A stretch of DNA of 64,000 nt from Chthoniobacterales bacterium (GTDB lineage: Bacteria; Verrucomicrobiota; Verrucomicrobiia; Chthoniobacterales; Chthoniobacteraceae), in NCBI GenBank assembly GCA_038207335.1, contig JBBQZX010000003.1, positions 128,001 to 192,000 on the forward strand, in the 5' to 3' direction. This document shows positions 55,717 through 64,000 of the stretch, piece after piece (position 1 is the stretch's first letter; each line of letters opens with the position of its first letter). Position numbers and translations under genes: made by a program. Under the pieces are notes generated by a model. It worked only from the letters and a program-made list of their open reading frames with translations. It was not told the origin of the DNA and did not search any database.

Positions 55717-56009
55717 GCTCACCCCTTCGCGCTCTCCTGTGGTTTCCACCACACGCTCTCGCGGCTCTCGGATTCGTCCGGCGGGTCCCTGAGCGAGGTA
55801 CCCCGGGAGTCGTGGAATGGTTCGCAGTTCGCTGCGGAAAAGAATTTGAGCGCAGCACGGATTTTTCGCTTGCCAGGTCTGGCGATCCCTCTACTGTCCG
55901 CGCTCCCCGCCGCCGGTAGGTTCGCTCCTCATCGGCTTTGGCGGGTTTTTCATCCCCGGAAGTCGGGGGTGGATGGAGCGAAAAAAACAAAGACACTCAC
56001 TCACCTCGA

Positions 56010-56432
56010 ATGCCAACGATCAACCAGCTCGTCCGCAAAGGTCGCAAAAAGGTTTCCGTCAAATCGAAATCTCCCGCGCTGACCAATTGCCCGTTCCGCC
56101 GCGGCGTCTGCACGCAGGTCATGACGCGCACGCCGAAGAAGCCGAACTCTGCGCTGCGAAAAGTCGCGAAAGTCCGTCTCACCAATGGCTACGAGGTCAT
56201 CGCCTACATTCCCGGTGAAGGTCACAATTTGCAGGAGCATTCAATCGTCCTCGTCCGCGGCGGTCGCGTGAAAGATCTGCCCGGCGTCCGATATCACATC
56301 GTCCGCGGCACGCTCGACGCCCTCGGGGTGGATGGCCGCCGCCGCAGCCGTTCCAAATACGGAGCGAAGCGTCCGAAACCCGGTGCCGAGGCGGAAGCCA
56401 AGGGCAAGGGCGGAAAAGGCAAAAAGAAGTAA
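56010..56432 (+). CDS. rpsL: 30S ribosomal protein S12
   Basis: [31 protein letters not shown]. Confidence 0.99.
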   Translation: MPTINQLVRKGRKKVSVKSKSPALTNCPFRRGVCTQVMTRTPKKPNSALRKVAKVRLTNGYEVIAYIPGEGHNLQEHSIVLVRGGRVKDLPGVRYHIVRGTLDALGVDGRRRSRSKYGAKRPKPGAEAEAKGKGGKGKKK

Positions 56433-56456
56433 TTTTCAAAATCACTCACCGCACAC

Positions 56457-56930
56457 ATGTCACGTCGTCGCCGAGTCATTCACAAAGAAGAGAAGCTGGA
56501 CAGCCGCTATGGCAGCCCGGTCGTCGCACGCCTCATCGCCACGGTGATGAAAAGCGGCAAGAAATCGCTCGCCGAGCGCATCGTCTATTCCGCAATCGAG
56601 GAAACTCGCGTCGGCACCGATGCAGTCGATCCGCTCGAGACGCTACACAAGGCGATGGACAACGTGAAACCGCGTCTTGAAGTCAAGAGCCGTCGCGTCG
56701 GTGGTGCGACCTATCAAGTCCCGATGGAAGTCCCCGCGGGTCGCCAAGTCGCGCTCGCGATGCGCTGGATCGTCGGCTTTGCTCAAAAGCGCAAAAGCAT
56801 CCCGCTCAAAAAGGCGCTCGCGAATGAGCTCAAGGAAGCCGCGGCAGGACAGGGAAACGCGATGAAAAAGCGCGACGACACCCACAAGATGGCTCAGGCG
56901 AACCGCGCCTTTGCGCACTTCCGCTTCTAG
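56457..56930 (+). CDS. rpsG: 30S ribosomal protein S7
   Basis: [34 protein letters not shown]. Confidence 0.99.
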   Translation: MSRRRRVIHKEEKLDSRYGSPVVARLIATVMKSGKKSLAERIVYSAIEETRVGTDAVDPLETLHKAMDNVKPRLEVKSRRVGGATYQVPMEVPAGRQVALAMRWIVGFAQKRKSIPLKKALANELKEAAAGQGNAMKKRDDTHKMAQANRAFAHFRF

Positions 56931-56952
56931 AACGCTCAGACCTTTCCGCACT

Positions 56953-59121
56953 ATGCCCGCCGTCGCAGAAACCGCTGTCACAACGAACCCGAATTCCCCC
57001 AATCGAGCCTACCCGCTCGAAAGGACACGGAACATCGGCATCGCTGCGCACATCGATGCCGGCAAGACGACGCTGACCGAGCGCGTCCTTTTTTACACTG
57101 GCATGATCCATAAGATCGGCGAGGTGCATGAGGGCACGACTGTCACCGATTGGATGGAGCAGGAGCGCGAGCGCGGCATCACGATCACCTCGGCGGCGAC
57201 GACTTGCTTTTGGACTCAAAAGCCGGAACCCACGATTTACAAGGCGTATGACGGCATCAAGATGCGCGTCAATATCATCGACACTCCCGGCCACGTCGAT
57301 TTCACCGCGGAAGTCGAGCGCTCGCTTCGCGTGCTCGATGGCGCGATCGCCGTCTTCTGTGCGGTTGCCGGTGTGCAGCCGCAGTCCGAAACCGTCTGGC
57401 GTCAGGCGACGAAGTATAAAGTCCCGCGCATCGCGTTCGTCAACAAGATGGATCGCACTGGTGCCAACTTTGACAACGCGATCAATGACATGCGCACGAA
57501 GCTTGGGGCAAATGCCTGGCCCGTGCTGATCCCGCTCGGTCGCGAAGATTATCTCCGCGGCCAGCTCGATGTCATCAATAAGAAAGCGGTGATCTACTCG
57601 GACAGTGATGTCATGGGTTCGGTTTACACCATCGAGGAGATTCCGGCGGAATTCATCGACTTGGTGGACAAGGCTTATAACGATCTCGTGACCGCGATCT
57701 CTGATCTCGATGAAGAGATCGGGGAGGCATTCCTCGAGGAAAAGCCAATCAGCCCTGAAATGCTCAAGGCAGGCATCCGTCGCCAGACCATCGCCAATAA
57801 TTTCGTGCCTGTTGTCGGCGGCTCAGCTTTCAAGAACAAAGGCGTCCAATATCTCGTCGATGCAGTCATCGACTACCTCCCGAGTCCGATCGATATTCCT
57901 CCTGCGCGGGGCCAAGATCCTGACACCGGTGCACCTGTCGAGATAGCGTCGGATGACAATGCAAAGTTCTGCTCGTTGGCTTTCAAGCTCTGGAGCGATC
58001 CCTTCGTCGGCAAACTCGTCTTTTTCCGCATCTACAGCGGGAAGCTCACGAAAGGCGACACCGTCTATAATCCCCGCACGAACAAGCGCGATCGGATCAG
58101 CCGCCTGATTCAGATCCAGGCCGACAAGCGCGAAGACATCGACACGATCTACTCCGGCGACATCGCCGCCATCGTCGGCATTAAGAATGTCACCACCGGT
58201 GACACGCTTTGCGACGAAGACCGCACCATCCTTCTCGAGCCGCCGTCCTTCCCTGATCCCGTCATCTCGATGGCGATCGAGCCGAAGACCAAACTCGACC
58301 AGGAGAAGATGTCCCTCGCGCTTCAGCGTCTCGCGGAAGAGGACCCCACTTTTCGAGTCTTCACCAATGTGGACACTGGCCAGACGATCATCGCTGGAAT
58401 GGGTGAGCTTCACCTCGAAATCATCCGTGACCGGATGATGCGCGAGTTCAAGGTCGATGCAAACGCGGGAAAGCCTCAAATCGCTTACCGCGAGACGATT
58501 ACGAAGCCTGCGCAAGGCGACGGAAAGCTTATCAAGCAGTCCGGCGGTCGCGGTCAATACGGCCACGTCGTCGTCAATGTCCGTCCTGCCGAGCGCGGCA
58601 AGGGTCTCACGATCGAGAACGAAGTGGTCGGCGGAACGATCCCGAAAGAATACATCCCGGCCTGTAAAAAAGGCATCGAAGAAGCAGTGCTCAACGGTAT
58701 TGTCGGTGGATACCCCGTCATCGACGTCGAAGTCGATATCATCGACGGAAGCTACCACGACGTTGACTCGAATGAGCTGGCTTTCAAAATGGCCGCAATT
58801 TTCGCGGTGAAGGATGCCTTCAAGAAAGCGAACGCCATCCTGCTCGAGCCGATCATGAAGGTCGAGAACAGCACGCCGGATGAGTATCAGGGCGACATCA
58901 TGGGCGACCTGAACCGCCGTCGCGGCAAGATCATGAGCATCGAGTCGAAGAACAACCTGAGCATCATCACTGCCGAGGTCCCGCTCGCCGAGATGTTTGG
59001 ATACTCGACTGCGATCCGTTCGCTTTCAAAAGGCCGTTCGAGCTACTCGATGGAGCCCTCCCACTTTGAGCAAGTCCCAGCGCAAGTGCTGGCAGCCGTC
59101 CTCGACCAGAAAGGCAAGTAA
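56953..59121 (+). CDS. fusA: Elongation factor G
   Basis: [44 protein letters not shown]. Confidence 0.99.
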   Translation: MPAVAETAVTTNPNSPNRAYPLERTRNIGIAAHIDAGKTTLTERVLFYTGMIHKIGEVHEGTTVTDWMEQERERGITITSAATTCFWTQKPEPTIYKAYDGIKMRVNIIDTPGHVDFTAEVERSLRVLDGAIAVFCAVAGVQPQSETVWRQATKYKVPRIAFVNKMDRTGANFDNAINDMRTKLGANAWPVLIPLGREDYLRGQLDVINKKAVIYSDSDVMGSVYTIEEIPAEFIDLVDKAYNDLVTAISDLDEEIGEAFLEEKPISPEMLKAGIRRQTIANNFVPVVGGSAFKNKGVQYLVDAVIDYLPSPIDIPPARGQDPDTGAPVEIASDDNAKFCSLAFKLWSDPFVGKLVFFRIYSGKLTKGDTVYNPRTNKRDRISRLIQIQADKREDIDTIYSGDIAAIVGIKNVTTGDTLCDEDRTILLEPPSFPDPVISMAIEPKTKLDQEKMSLALQRLAEEDPTFRVFTNVDTGQTIIAGMGELHLEIIRDRMMREFKVDANAGKPQIAYRETITKPAQGDGKLIKQSGGRGQYGHVVVNVRPAERGKGLTIENEVVGGTIPKEYIPACKKGIEEAVLNGIVGGYPVIDVEVDIIDGSYHDVDSNELAFKMAAIFAVKDAFKKANAILLEPIMKVENSTPDEYQGDIMGDLNRRRGKIMSIESKNNLSIITAEVPLAEMFGYSTAIRSLSKGRSSYSMEPSHFEQVPAQVLAAVLDQKGK

Positions 59122-59126
59122 CATTT

Positions 59127-59435
59127 ATGACCGGACAACGCATACGCATCCGTCTCAAAGCATTCGACTTCCGAATGCTCGACACCTCCGCGGCTGAAAT
59201 CGTGGAGACGGCCAAACGCACGGGCGCACAGGTCGCCGGCCCGATTCCGCTCCCTACGCGGATCGAAAAGTTCACCGTCAACCGCTCCCCGCATGTCGAT
59301 AAAAAATCGATGGAGCAGTTTGAAATCCGCACCCACAAACGGCTGCTCGATATCATCGAGCCTACGGCCAAGACCGTGGATGAGCTCAAGAAGCTCAACC
59401 TCCCGGCTGGCGTGGACATCACCATCAAGATCTGA
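59127..59435 (+). CDS. rpsJ: 30S ribosomal protein S10
   Basis: [30 protein letters not shown]. Confidence 0.99.
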   Translation: MTGQRIRIRLKAFDFRMLDTSAAEIVETAKRTGAQVAGPIPLPTRIEKFTVNRSPHVDKKSMEQFEIRTHKRLLDIIEPTAKTVDELKKLNLPAGVDITIKI

Positions 59436-59449
59436 CGACCCGCACGAGC

Positions 59450-60100
59450 ATGAAAATCGGATTGCTAGGCAAAAAACTCGGGATGACCCGCGTCTATGAT
59501 GACAAGGGAACGGCGACTGCCGTGACTGTCATCGAAGCAGGTGGAAACACCGCGACGCAAATCAAGACTCAAGACACGGATGGCTATACTGCTGTGCAGG
59601 TTGGCTTCGACGCACAAAAGCCACAGCGTCTTCCGCAGCCCCTCATCGGGCACTTCAAAAAGTCCGGCAGCGAGCCCAAAAAGTTGATGAAGGAGTTTCG
59701 TCTCCCGGATGGCACGAGCCTCGAAGGCGCGATCGACTTGAGCGTCAATCAGTTCGCACCTGGTGATGTGGTCGATGTGATCGGCCAGTCGAAAGGCAAG
59801 GGATTCCAAGGTGTCGTGCGCAGGCACAACATGGACGGGCAGCCCATGTCGCACGGCTCGATGATGCACCGCCGAAATGGTGCAATCGGCAACCGTTCCA
59901 CTCCGGGCCGCATCTGGAAGAACATGGGAATGCCTGGTCACATGGGTGACGAGCGCGTGACCGTGCAGAACCTGCGAGTCCTTCAAGTGCGCGAAGCCGA
60001 AGGTCTCATCCTCATCACCGGCGCAGTCCCCGGCGCGAACGGCAGCTACGTCGTCGTCCGCCCCGCGAAGAAGGCCAAGAAAACGGAGGCCGCGAAATAA
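59450..60100 (+). CDS. rplC: 50S ribosomal protein L3
   Basis: [30 protein letters not shown]. Confidence 0.98.
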   Translation: MKIGLLGKKLGMTRVYDDKGTATAVTVIEAGGNTATQIKTQDTDGYTAVQVGFDAQKPQRLPQPLIGHFKKSGSEPKKLMKEFRLPDGTSLEGAIDLSVNQFAPGDVVDVIGQSKGKGFQGVVRRHNMDGQPMSHGSMMHRRNGAIGNRSTPGRIWKNMGMPGHMGDERVTVQNLRVLQVREAEGLILITGAVPGANGSYVVVRPAKKAKKTEAAK

Positions 60101-60714
60101 TGAGCGCAACAGTCCTAACATTTGAAGCCGCCAAGAAGGCGAACATCGCCGTCATCGAAAACGGCAAAGGCACGCAAGCTGTGCACGACGTGGTTGTCGC
60201 CATGCGCGCCGCCCGCCGCAGCGGAACGGCCAATACCAAGAGCAAGGCCGACGTAAACCTGAGCGGTGCCAAACCGTGGCGCCAAAAAGGCACCGGCCGC
60301 GCCCGCGCCGGATACAAGTCGTCCCCGGTTTGGGTTGGTGGTGGTGTCGTTTTCGGCCCGAAGCCGCGCGACTACACGAAGAAGGTTTCGAAGTCCACGC
60401 GCCGCCTCGCATTGCGCAAAGCGCTGAGCGCCCGCATCTCCGCTGGCGAAGTGCTTGTGGTTCCAGAGTTCGCGGTGTCCGAGCCCAAGACCAAAGCGTT
60501 CCTTGCTGCCGTCGCCGCGATTACACCGGAATCGAAAGTGCTCATCGTCAGCCGTGCTTTTGACGACAAGACCTACCTCGCGGGCCGTAATGTCCAGCCG
60601 ATGCTCCTGATGACTTCGGCAGAAGTGAACACCGAGCAGTTGCTCGGCTTCAAAGCGGTGATCGTGACCAACGACGCGCTCGAGCAATTTGCAGAAAGGA
60701 CTTCGATCCGATGA
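60100..60714 (+). CDS. rplD: 50S ribosomal protein L4
   Basis: [27 protein letters not shown]. Confidence 0.98.
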   Translation: MSATVLTFEAAKKANIAVIENGKGTQAVHDVVVAMRAARRSGTANTKSKADVNLSGAKPWRQKGTGRARAGYKSSPVWVGGGVVFGPKPRDYTKKVSKSTRRLALRKALSARISAGEVLVVPEFAVSEPKTKAFLAAVAAITPESKVLIVSRAFDDKTYLAGRNVQPMLLMTSAEVNTEQLLGFKAVIVTNDALEQFAERTSIR

Positions 60715-60998
60715 ATAATGAACCGTACGACATCGTTGAAACGGTCCGCCTGACTGAGAAGGCAACCCTTCTCGCTGAATCGCTCAACAAATACGTCTTC
60801 CGCGTCAATCCACGCGCCAATAAGGTACAGATCAAACAGGCGATCGAGACACTTTTCAAAAAGACTGTCGTGGCCGTCAACACCGCCAACTACGCGGGCA
60901 AAAAAAAGCGTGAGCGCACCGCATCTTACGGCCGCAAGGCTCACTGGAAGAAGGCGATCGTGACGCTGAAGGACGGCGACAAGATCGACCTCGCCTAA
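60711..60998 (+). CDS. rplW: 50S ribosomal protein L23
   Basis: TEKA, Y.F.V...[18 protein letters not shown]. Confidence 0.97.
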   Translation: MNNEPYDIVETVRLTEKATLLAESLNKYVFRVNPRANKVQIKQAIETLFKKTVVAVNTANYAGKKKRERTASYGRKAHWKKAIVTLKDGDKIDLA

Positions 60999-61011
60999 CC
61001 AAAGAACTGTC

Positions 61012-61863
61012 ATGGCACTCAAAACATTTCGTCCATTCACGCCGGCCAATCGCTACAAAGCGTTGCCGTCGTTCGAGGAGATCACCAAGTCGAAGCCGGA
61101 GAAGTCCCTTCTCGAAGTCAAGAAGCGCTCGGGTGGTCGTAACTCTTACGGTCGCATCACGACGCGTCACATCGGCGGCGGTCACAAGCAGAAGTATCGC
61201 ATCATCGACTTCAAGCGCCGCAAGCGTGGCATTGTCGCGGAAGTGATCGGGATCGAGTATGATCCGAACCGCACCGCTCGCATCGCGCTGCTTCAATACA
61301 CCGATGGTGAGAAGACTTACATCCTCGCTCCGGTCGGCCTTATGGTCGGCGCGAAGTTGAGCGCCGGTGAAAAGGCGGCGCCAGAAGTCGGCAACGCGCT
61401 TCCGCTGAAAAGCATTCCGCTCGGCACCTCGATCCACAACGTCGAACTCGTTCCAGGCAAAGGCGGACAAATCGCCCGCAGCGCCGGACAACTTGTCATC
61501 TTGAACAACCGCGAATCGGGATACGCCTTGGTGCGGATGCCGTCCGGTGAAATCCGCAAGATTCACGAAGAATGCTACGCCACGATCGGCCAAGTCGGTA
61601 ACGTCGAGCACATGAATGTCTCCTCGGGCAAAGCAGGCCGCAGCCGCTGGCAGGGTGTGCGTCCTACCGTCCGCGGTATGGTGATGAACCCGGTCGATCA
61701 CCCGATGGGTGGCGGACAGGGCAAGTCCAAAGGCGGTGGTGGTCGCCAGCATCCCGAGTCGCCTTGGGGTCAGCTCGCAAAGGGCTTCAAGACCCGTCGT
61801 AAACATCATCCGAGCAACGACTTCATCGTCGCCCGCCGGCCATCCAAGAAGAAGTCCAAGTAA
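61012..61863 (+). CDS. rplB: 50S ribosomal protein L2
   Basis: [37 protein letters not shown]. Confidence 0.99.
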   Translation: MALKTFRPFTPANRYKALPSFEEITKSKPEKSLLEVKKRSGGRNSYGRITTRHIGGGHKQKYRIIDFKRRKRGIVAEVIGIEYDPNRTARIALLQYTDGEKTYILAPVGLMVGAKLSAGEKAAPEVGNALPLKSIPLGTSIHNVELVPGKGGQIARSAGQLVILNNRESGYALVRMPSGEIRKIHEECYATIGQVGNVEHMNVSSGKAGRSRWQGVRPTVRGMVMNPVDHPMGGGQGKSKGGGGRQHPESPWGQLAKGFKTRRKHHPSNDFIVARRPSKKKSK

Positions 61864-61878
61864 CCCAATCTAGTAATT

Positions 61879-62157
61879 ATGGGACGTTCCCTTAAAAAAG
61901 GTCCTTTCGTCGAGCAGCACCTCTTCGAGAAAATGGACAAAATGAATGGCACAGGCGTCAAGAAGCCGATCAAGACTTGGTCGCGCCGATCGACGATCAC
62001 GCCAGAGTTCGTGGGCCACACCTTTTTGGTTCACAACGGCAAAATCTTTAACTCCGTGTTCGTCACGGAAAACATGGTGGGACACAAGCTTGGTGAATTT
62101 TCGCCCACGCGAATTTTCAAGAAGCATGGGTCGCACACCGCGAAGGTGACCAAGTAA
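61879..62157 (+). CDS. rpsS: 30S ribosomal protein S19
   Basis: [29 protein letters not shown]. Confidence 0.99.
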   Translation: MGRSLKKGPFVEQHLFEKMDKMNGTGVKKPIKTWSRRSTITPEFVGHTFLVHNGKIFNSVFVTENMVGHKLGEFSPTRIFKKHGSHTAKVTK

Positions 62158-62176
62158 CCGGGACGGGAGCTTCGAT

Positions 62177-62995
62177 GTGGACCGGGCCAAATCCGAGTTC
62201 TTTGCATTGAAAACCTGCGTCCTCACCTTTGCGATTGGACTGCGTTTAGTGTCGGCAATGCCGGCAGCGCAAGTGGAAAGTTCTTTGACTGAATCAGAAA
62301 TTGAAAAGAGCGCCGATGCGCTGGCTTTCAAAGCGGCGTCCGACGAAGTGCGGGTGTTGCAAGCAAAGCTCGCGTCTTCGGAGACTTCGGTTGCCGGGCT
62401 TCAAAAGAGCCTGACGATCGCCAACAGCGAGTCTGAGGTCTTCCGGCGTCAAGCTGCGGAACTCAAGCTGCGACTTGAGACGCTCGGCATCGAAGCCGGG
62501 GCTCTGAATTCCGGGAAACTGGAGCAGCGCCTACTGCGAGCCGCGAATGACTTCAAGATCGTCGATGATGAACGCAAGTCGCTCAAGGAAGCGCTAATCC
62601 AGCTATCGGAAGCAGTCCTGACATTCCAAAAAAATGCAGTGACCACCGATGCCGATGCTCGCGTCGCACTTGAAGTCGAAATGCGAGGCACAGCCAGAGC
62701 GCTGGGAGTCGCGCCGCCGGCCGCAGTCATCGCCACGGCGGTGTCTCCGACACTGAGCGACGGTGCGGTCATAAGCATCAAAGACGACCTCGCACTCGTC
62801 GTTGCCAACTTTGGCACGGCGCAGGGAGTCAAAGTCGGGATGCCTTTCAAAGTGCAGCGCGAAGGCAACACGATCGGCACTGTCCAAGTCGTAGATGTGC
62901 GGGAGAAAATCTCCGGCGCAGTCATTCAAAATCTGAATTCAGAATCCGAGAGAATCAAAGTTGGCGACCGCCTCGTGGTGGATGCCAGGCAGTAA
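62177..62995 (+). CDS. Hypothetical coiled-coil protein with C-terminal beta domain, inserted in the S10 operon
   Basis: 272-aa ORF filling the rpsS-rplV gap (19 and 33 bp spacers). Hydrophobic N-terminus, heptad-rich middle, C-terminal VVANFG..QGVKVGM.F.V.R....IG.V.V.DV...S.A.I...IKVGD. Confidence 0.85.
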   Translation: MDRAKSEFFALKTCVLTFAIGLRLVSAMPAAQVESSLTESEIEKSADALAFKAASDEVRVLQAKLASSETSVAGLQKSLTIANSESEVFRRQAAELKLRLETLGIEAGALNSGKLEQRLLRAANDFKIVDDERKSLKEALIQLSEAVLTFQKNAVTTDADARVALEVEMRGTARALGVAPPAAVIATAVSPTLSDGAVISIKDDLALVVANFGTAQGVKVGMPFKVQREGNTIGTVQVVDVREKISGAVIQNLNSESERIKVGDRLVVDARQ

Positions 62996-63028
62996 AATTT
63001 CAGTCCTCAGAAAACCGTTCGAAACATC

Positions 63029-63505
63029 ATGCAGATCAGATCCATTTACCGAGGCGCACGCATCTCGGCCTTCAAGGCCCGGGAAGTCACGCGCGAGATT
63101 CAGGGCTTGCCCGTCGCGGCAGCGCTGGATGTTGTCGCGTTCAGCCCTAAAAAGGCGGCAGTGATGATCGCCAAAACGCTCAAGAGCGCGATCGCCAACG
63201 CCGAGAACAACAACAATCTCCGCGCCGATCGCCTGGTCGTGCAAGAAGCCACGGTGGGTGAGGGCCCGACCTTCAAGCGCTCGCAGCCCAAAGCTCGCGG
63301 CAGCGCCGGTCCGATCCGCAAACGGACGAGCCACATTCGGATCATCCTGACCGACGAGATCGAAATCAAGACCCGCACGAAAAGCCCGGCAACCAAGAAG
63401 CGCGCGGCGAAGTCCTCCAAAGCCAAGCAGCCGAAGGCCGAAGTCCAACCGAAGGCTGCCGCGGCTGACGAAACCCCCGCCGCCGAGAGCGCCACTCAAG
63501 AATAA
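63029..63505 (+). CDS. rplV: 50S ribosomal protein L22 with Lys/Ala-rich C-terminal extension
   Basis: RIS..KAR, LKSAIANAENN, GP..KR..P.ARG.A..IRKRTSHI. Confidence 0.97.
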   Translation: MQIRSIYRGARISAFKAREVTREIQGLPVAAALDVVAFSPKKAAVMIAKTLKSAIANAENNNNLRADRLVVQEATVGEGPTFKRSQPKARGSAGPIRKRTSHIRIILTDEIEIKTRTKSPATKKRAAKSSKAKQPKAEVQPKAAAADETPAAESATQE

Positions 63506-63508
63506 TTT

Positions 63509-64000
63509 ATGGGACAGAAAGTTAATCCAATCGGCTACCGTCTCGCAGTCAATCGCGACTGGCGCTCACGCTGGTATGCCTCGCCCAAGGAGTTGCCGGA
63601 CTTCCTGCATTCCGATCTCAAGATTCGCGCCTACGTCAAAGACAAGCTTCGTCTGGCGGCTGTGGCGCGCATCATCATCGAGCGCGCGTGGAATAGCATC
63701 CGCGTGACGATTCACACGGCACGGCCCGGGATCGTCATTGGACGGAAAGGCACCGAGATCGAGAAGATGACCGAGGAGATCGGCAAGATGTCGGGCGGCA
63801 AGTCGGTGAAGATCGACATTCAAGAAATCAAGACGCCGGAACTCGACGCACAGCTCGTTGCAGAGAACGTCGCGCTTCAAATGGAGCGCCGCATTTCCTT
63901 CCGCCGGGCGATGAAGAAGGCGCTGCAAACCACGATGGATTTCGGTGCAGACGGTATCAAAGTCCGCTGCGCCGGGCGTCTCGGCGGCGCGGAAATCAGC
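63509..64000 (+). CDS. rpsC: 30S ribosomal protein S3 (partial, runs off window)
   Basis: MGQKVNPIGYRL, HTARPGIVIGRKG.EIE, ERRISFRRAMK, GRLGGAEI. Confidence 0.98.
   Translation, partial: MGQKVNPIGYRLAVNRDWRSRWYASPKELPDFLHSDLKIRAYVKDKLRLAAVARIIIERAWNSIRVTIHTARPGIVIGRKGTEIEKMTEEIGKMSGGKSVKIDIQEIKTPELDAQLVAENVALQMERRISFRRAMKKALQTTMDFGADGIKVRCAGRLGGAEIS

Noticed and set aside
55697..55990. Possible 6S, SRP, tRNA or riboswitch upstream of rpsL
   Set aside because: No SRP GGAA loop motif, cloverleaf or known aptamer consensus recognised. Kept only as an unassigned leader
53660..56082. 604-aa minus and 625-aa plus ORFs overlapping the membrane glycosyltransferase
   Set aside because: Shadow frames without domain motifs
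1..64000. CRISPR arrays, rRNA/tRNA genes, intact IS elements
   Set aside because: None recognised by eye. A tRNAscan/Infernal/ISEScan run would be needed to exclude them formally

Overview
GC-rich bacterial chromosome segment, most likely Verrucomicrobiota. This is an inference from the PEP-CTERM, prepilin H-X9-DG, PATR-repeat, planctomycete-type cytochrome c and DUF1080 content, and from fusA leading directly into rpsJ. It holds about 55 CDSs: a PATR adhesin-like protein running off the left edge, a glycoside hydrolase, an S1/P1 nuclease, a UvrD helicase, rplA-rplJ-rplL, guaA, a solitary nuoD, a rapA/methyltransferase cluster, fabG-sixA-pgl, and the str/S10 ribosomal cluster (rpsL to rpsC, partial at the right edge). 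I saw no rRNA, tRNA, CRISPR array or intact transposase. Best candidates for undescribed biology: (1) a three-gene cassette at 12284-14754 with two coupled lipoproteins sharing a cryptic beta-hairpin motif plus a signal-less DPBB/DUF2272 double cell-wall hydrolase; (2) a putatively exported coiled-coil protein inserted between rpsS and rplV; (3) a solitary nuoD with a perfect Rex-type operator; (4) rplA-rplJ-rplL detached from rplK and rpoB, with its own promoter and an L1-binding RNA motif; (5) an ECF sigma factor with a divergent anti-sigma-like miniprotein and ECF-type promoters; (6) a PEP-CTERM/prepilin/ArsR cassette with an ArsR-type operator. A dispersed GTAG-type REP family and several apparently leaderless genes are also visible. 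All family assignments come from motif recognition by eye; no database search was run.
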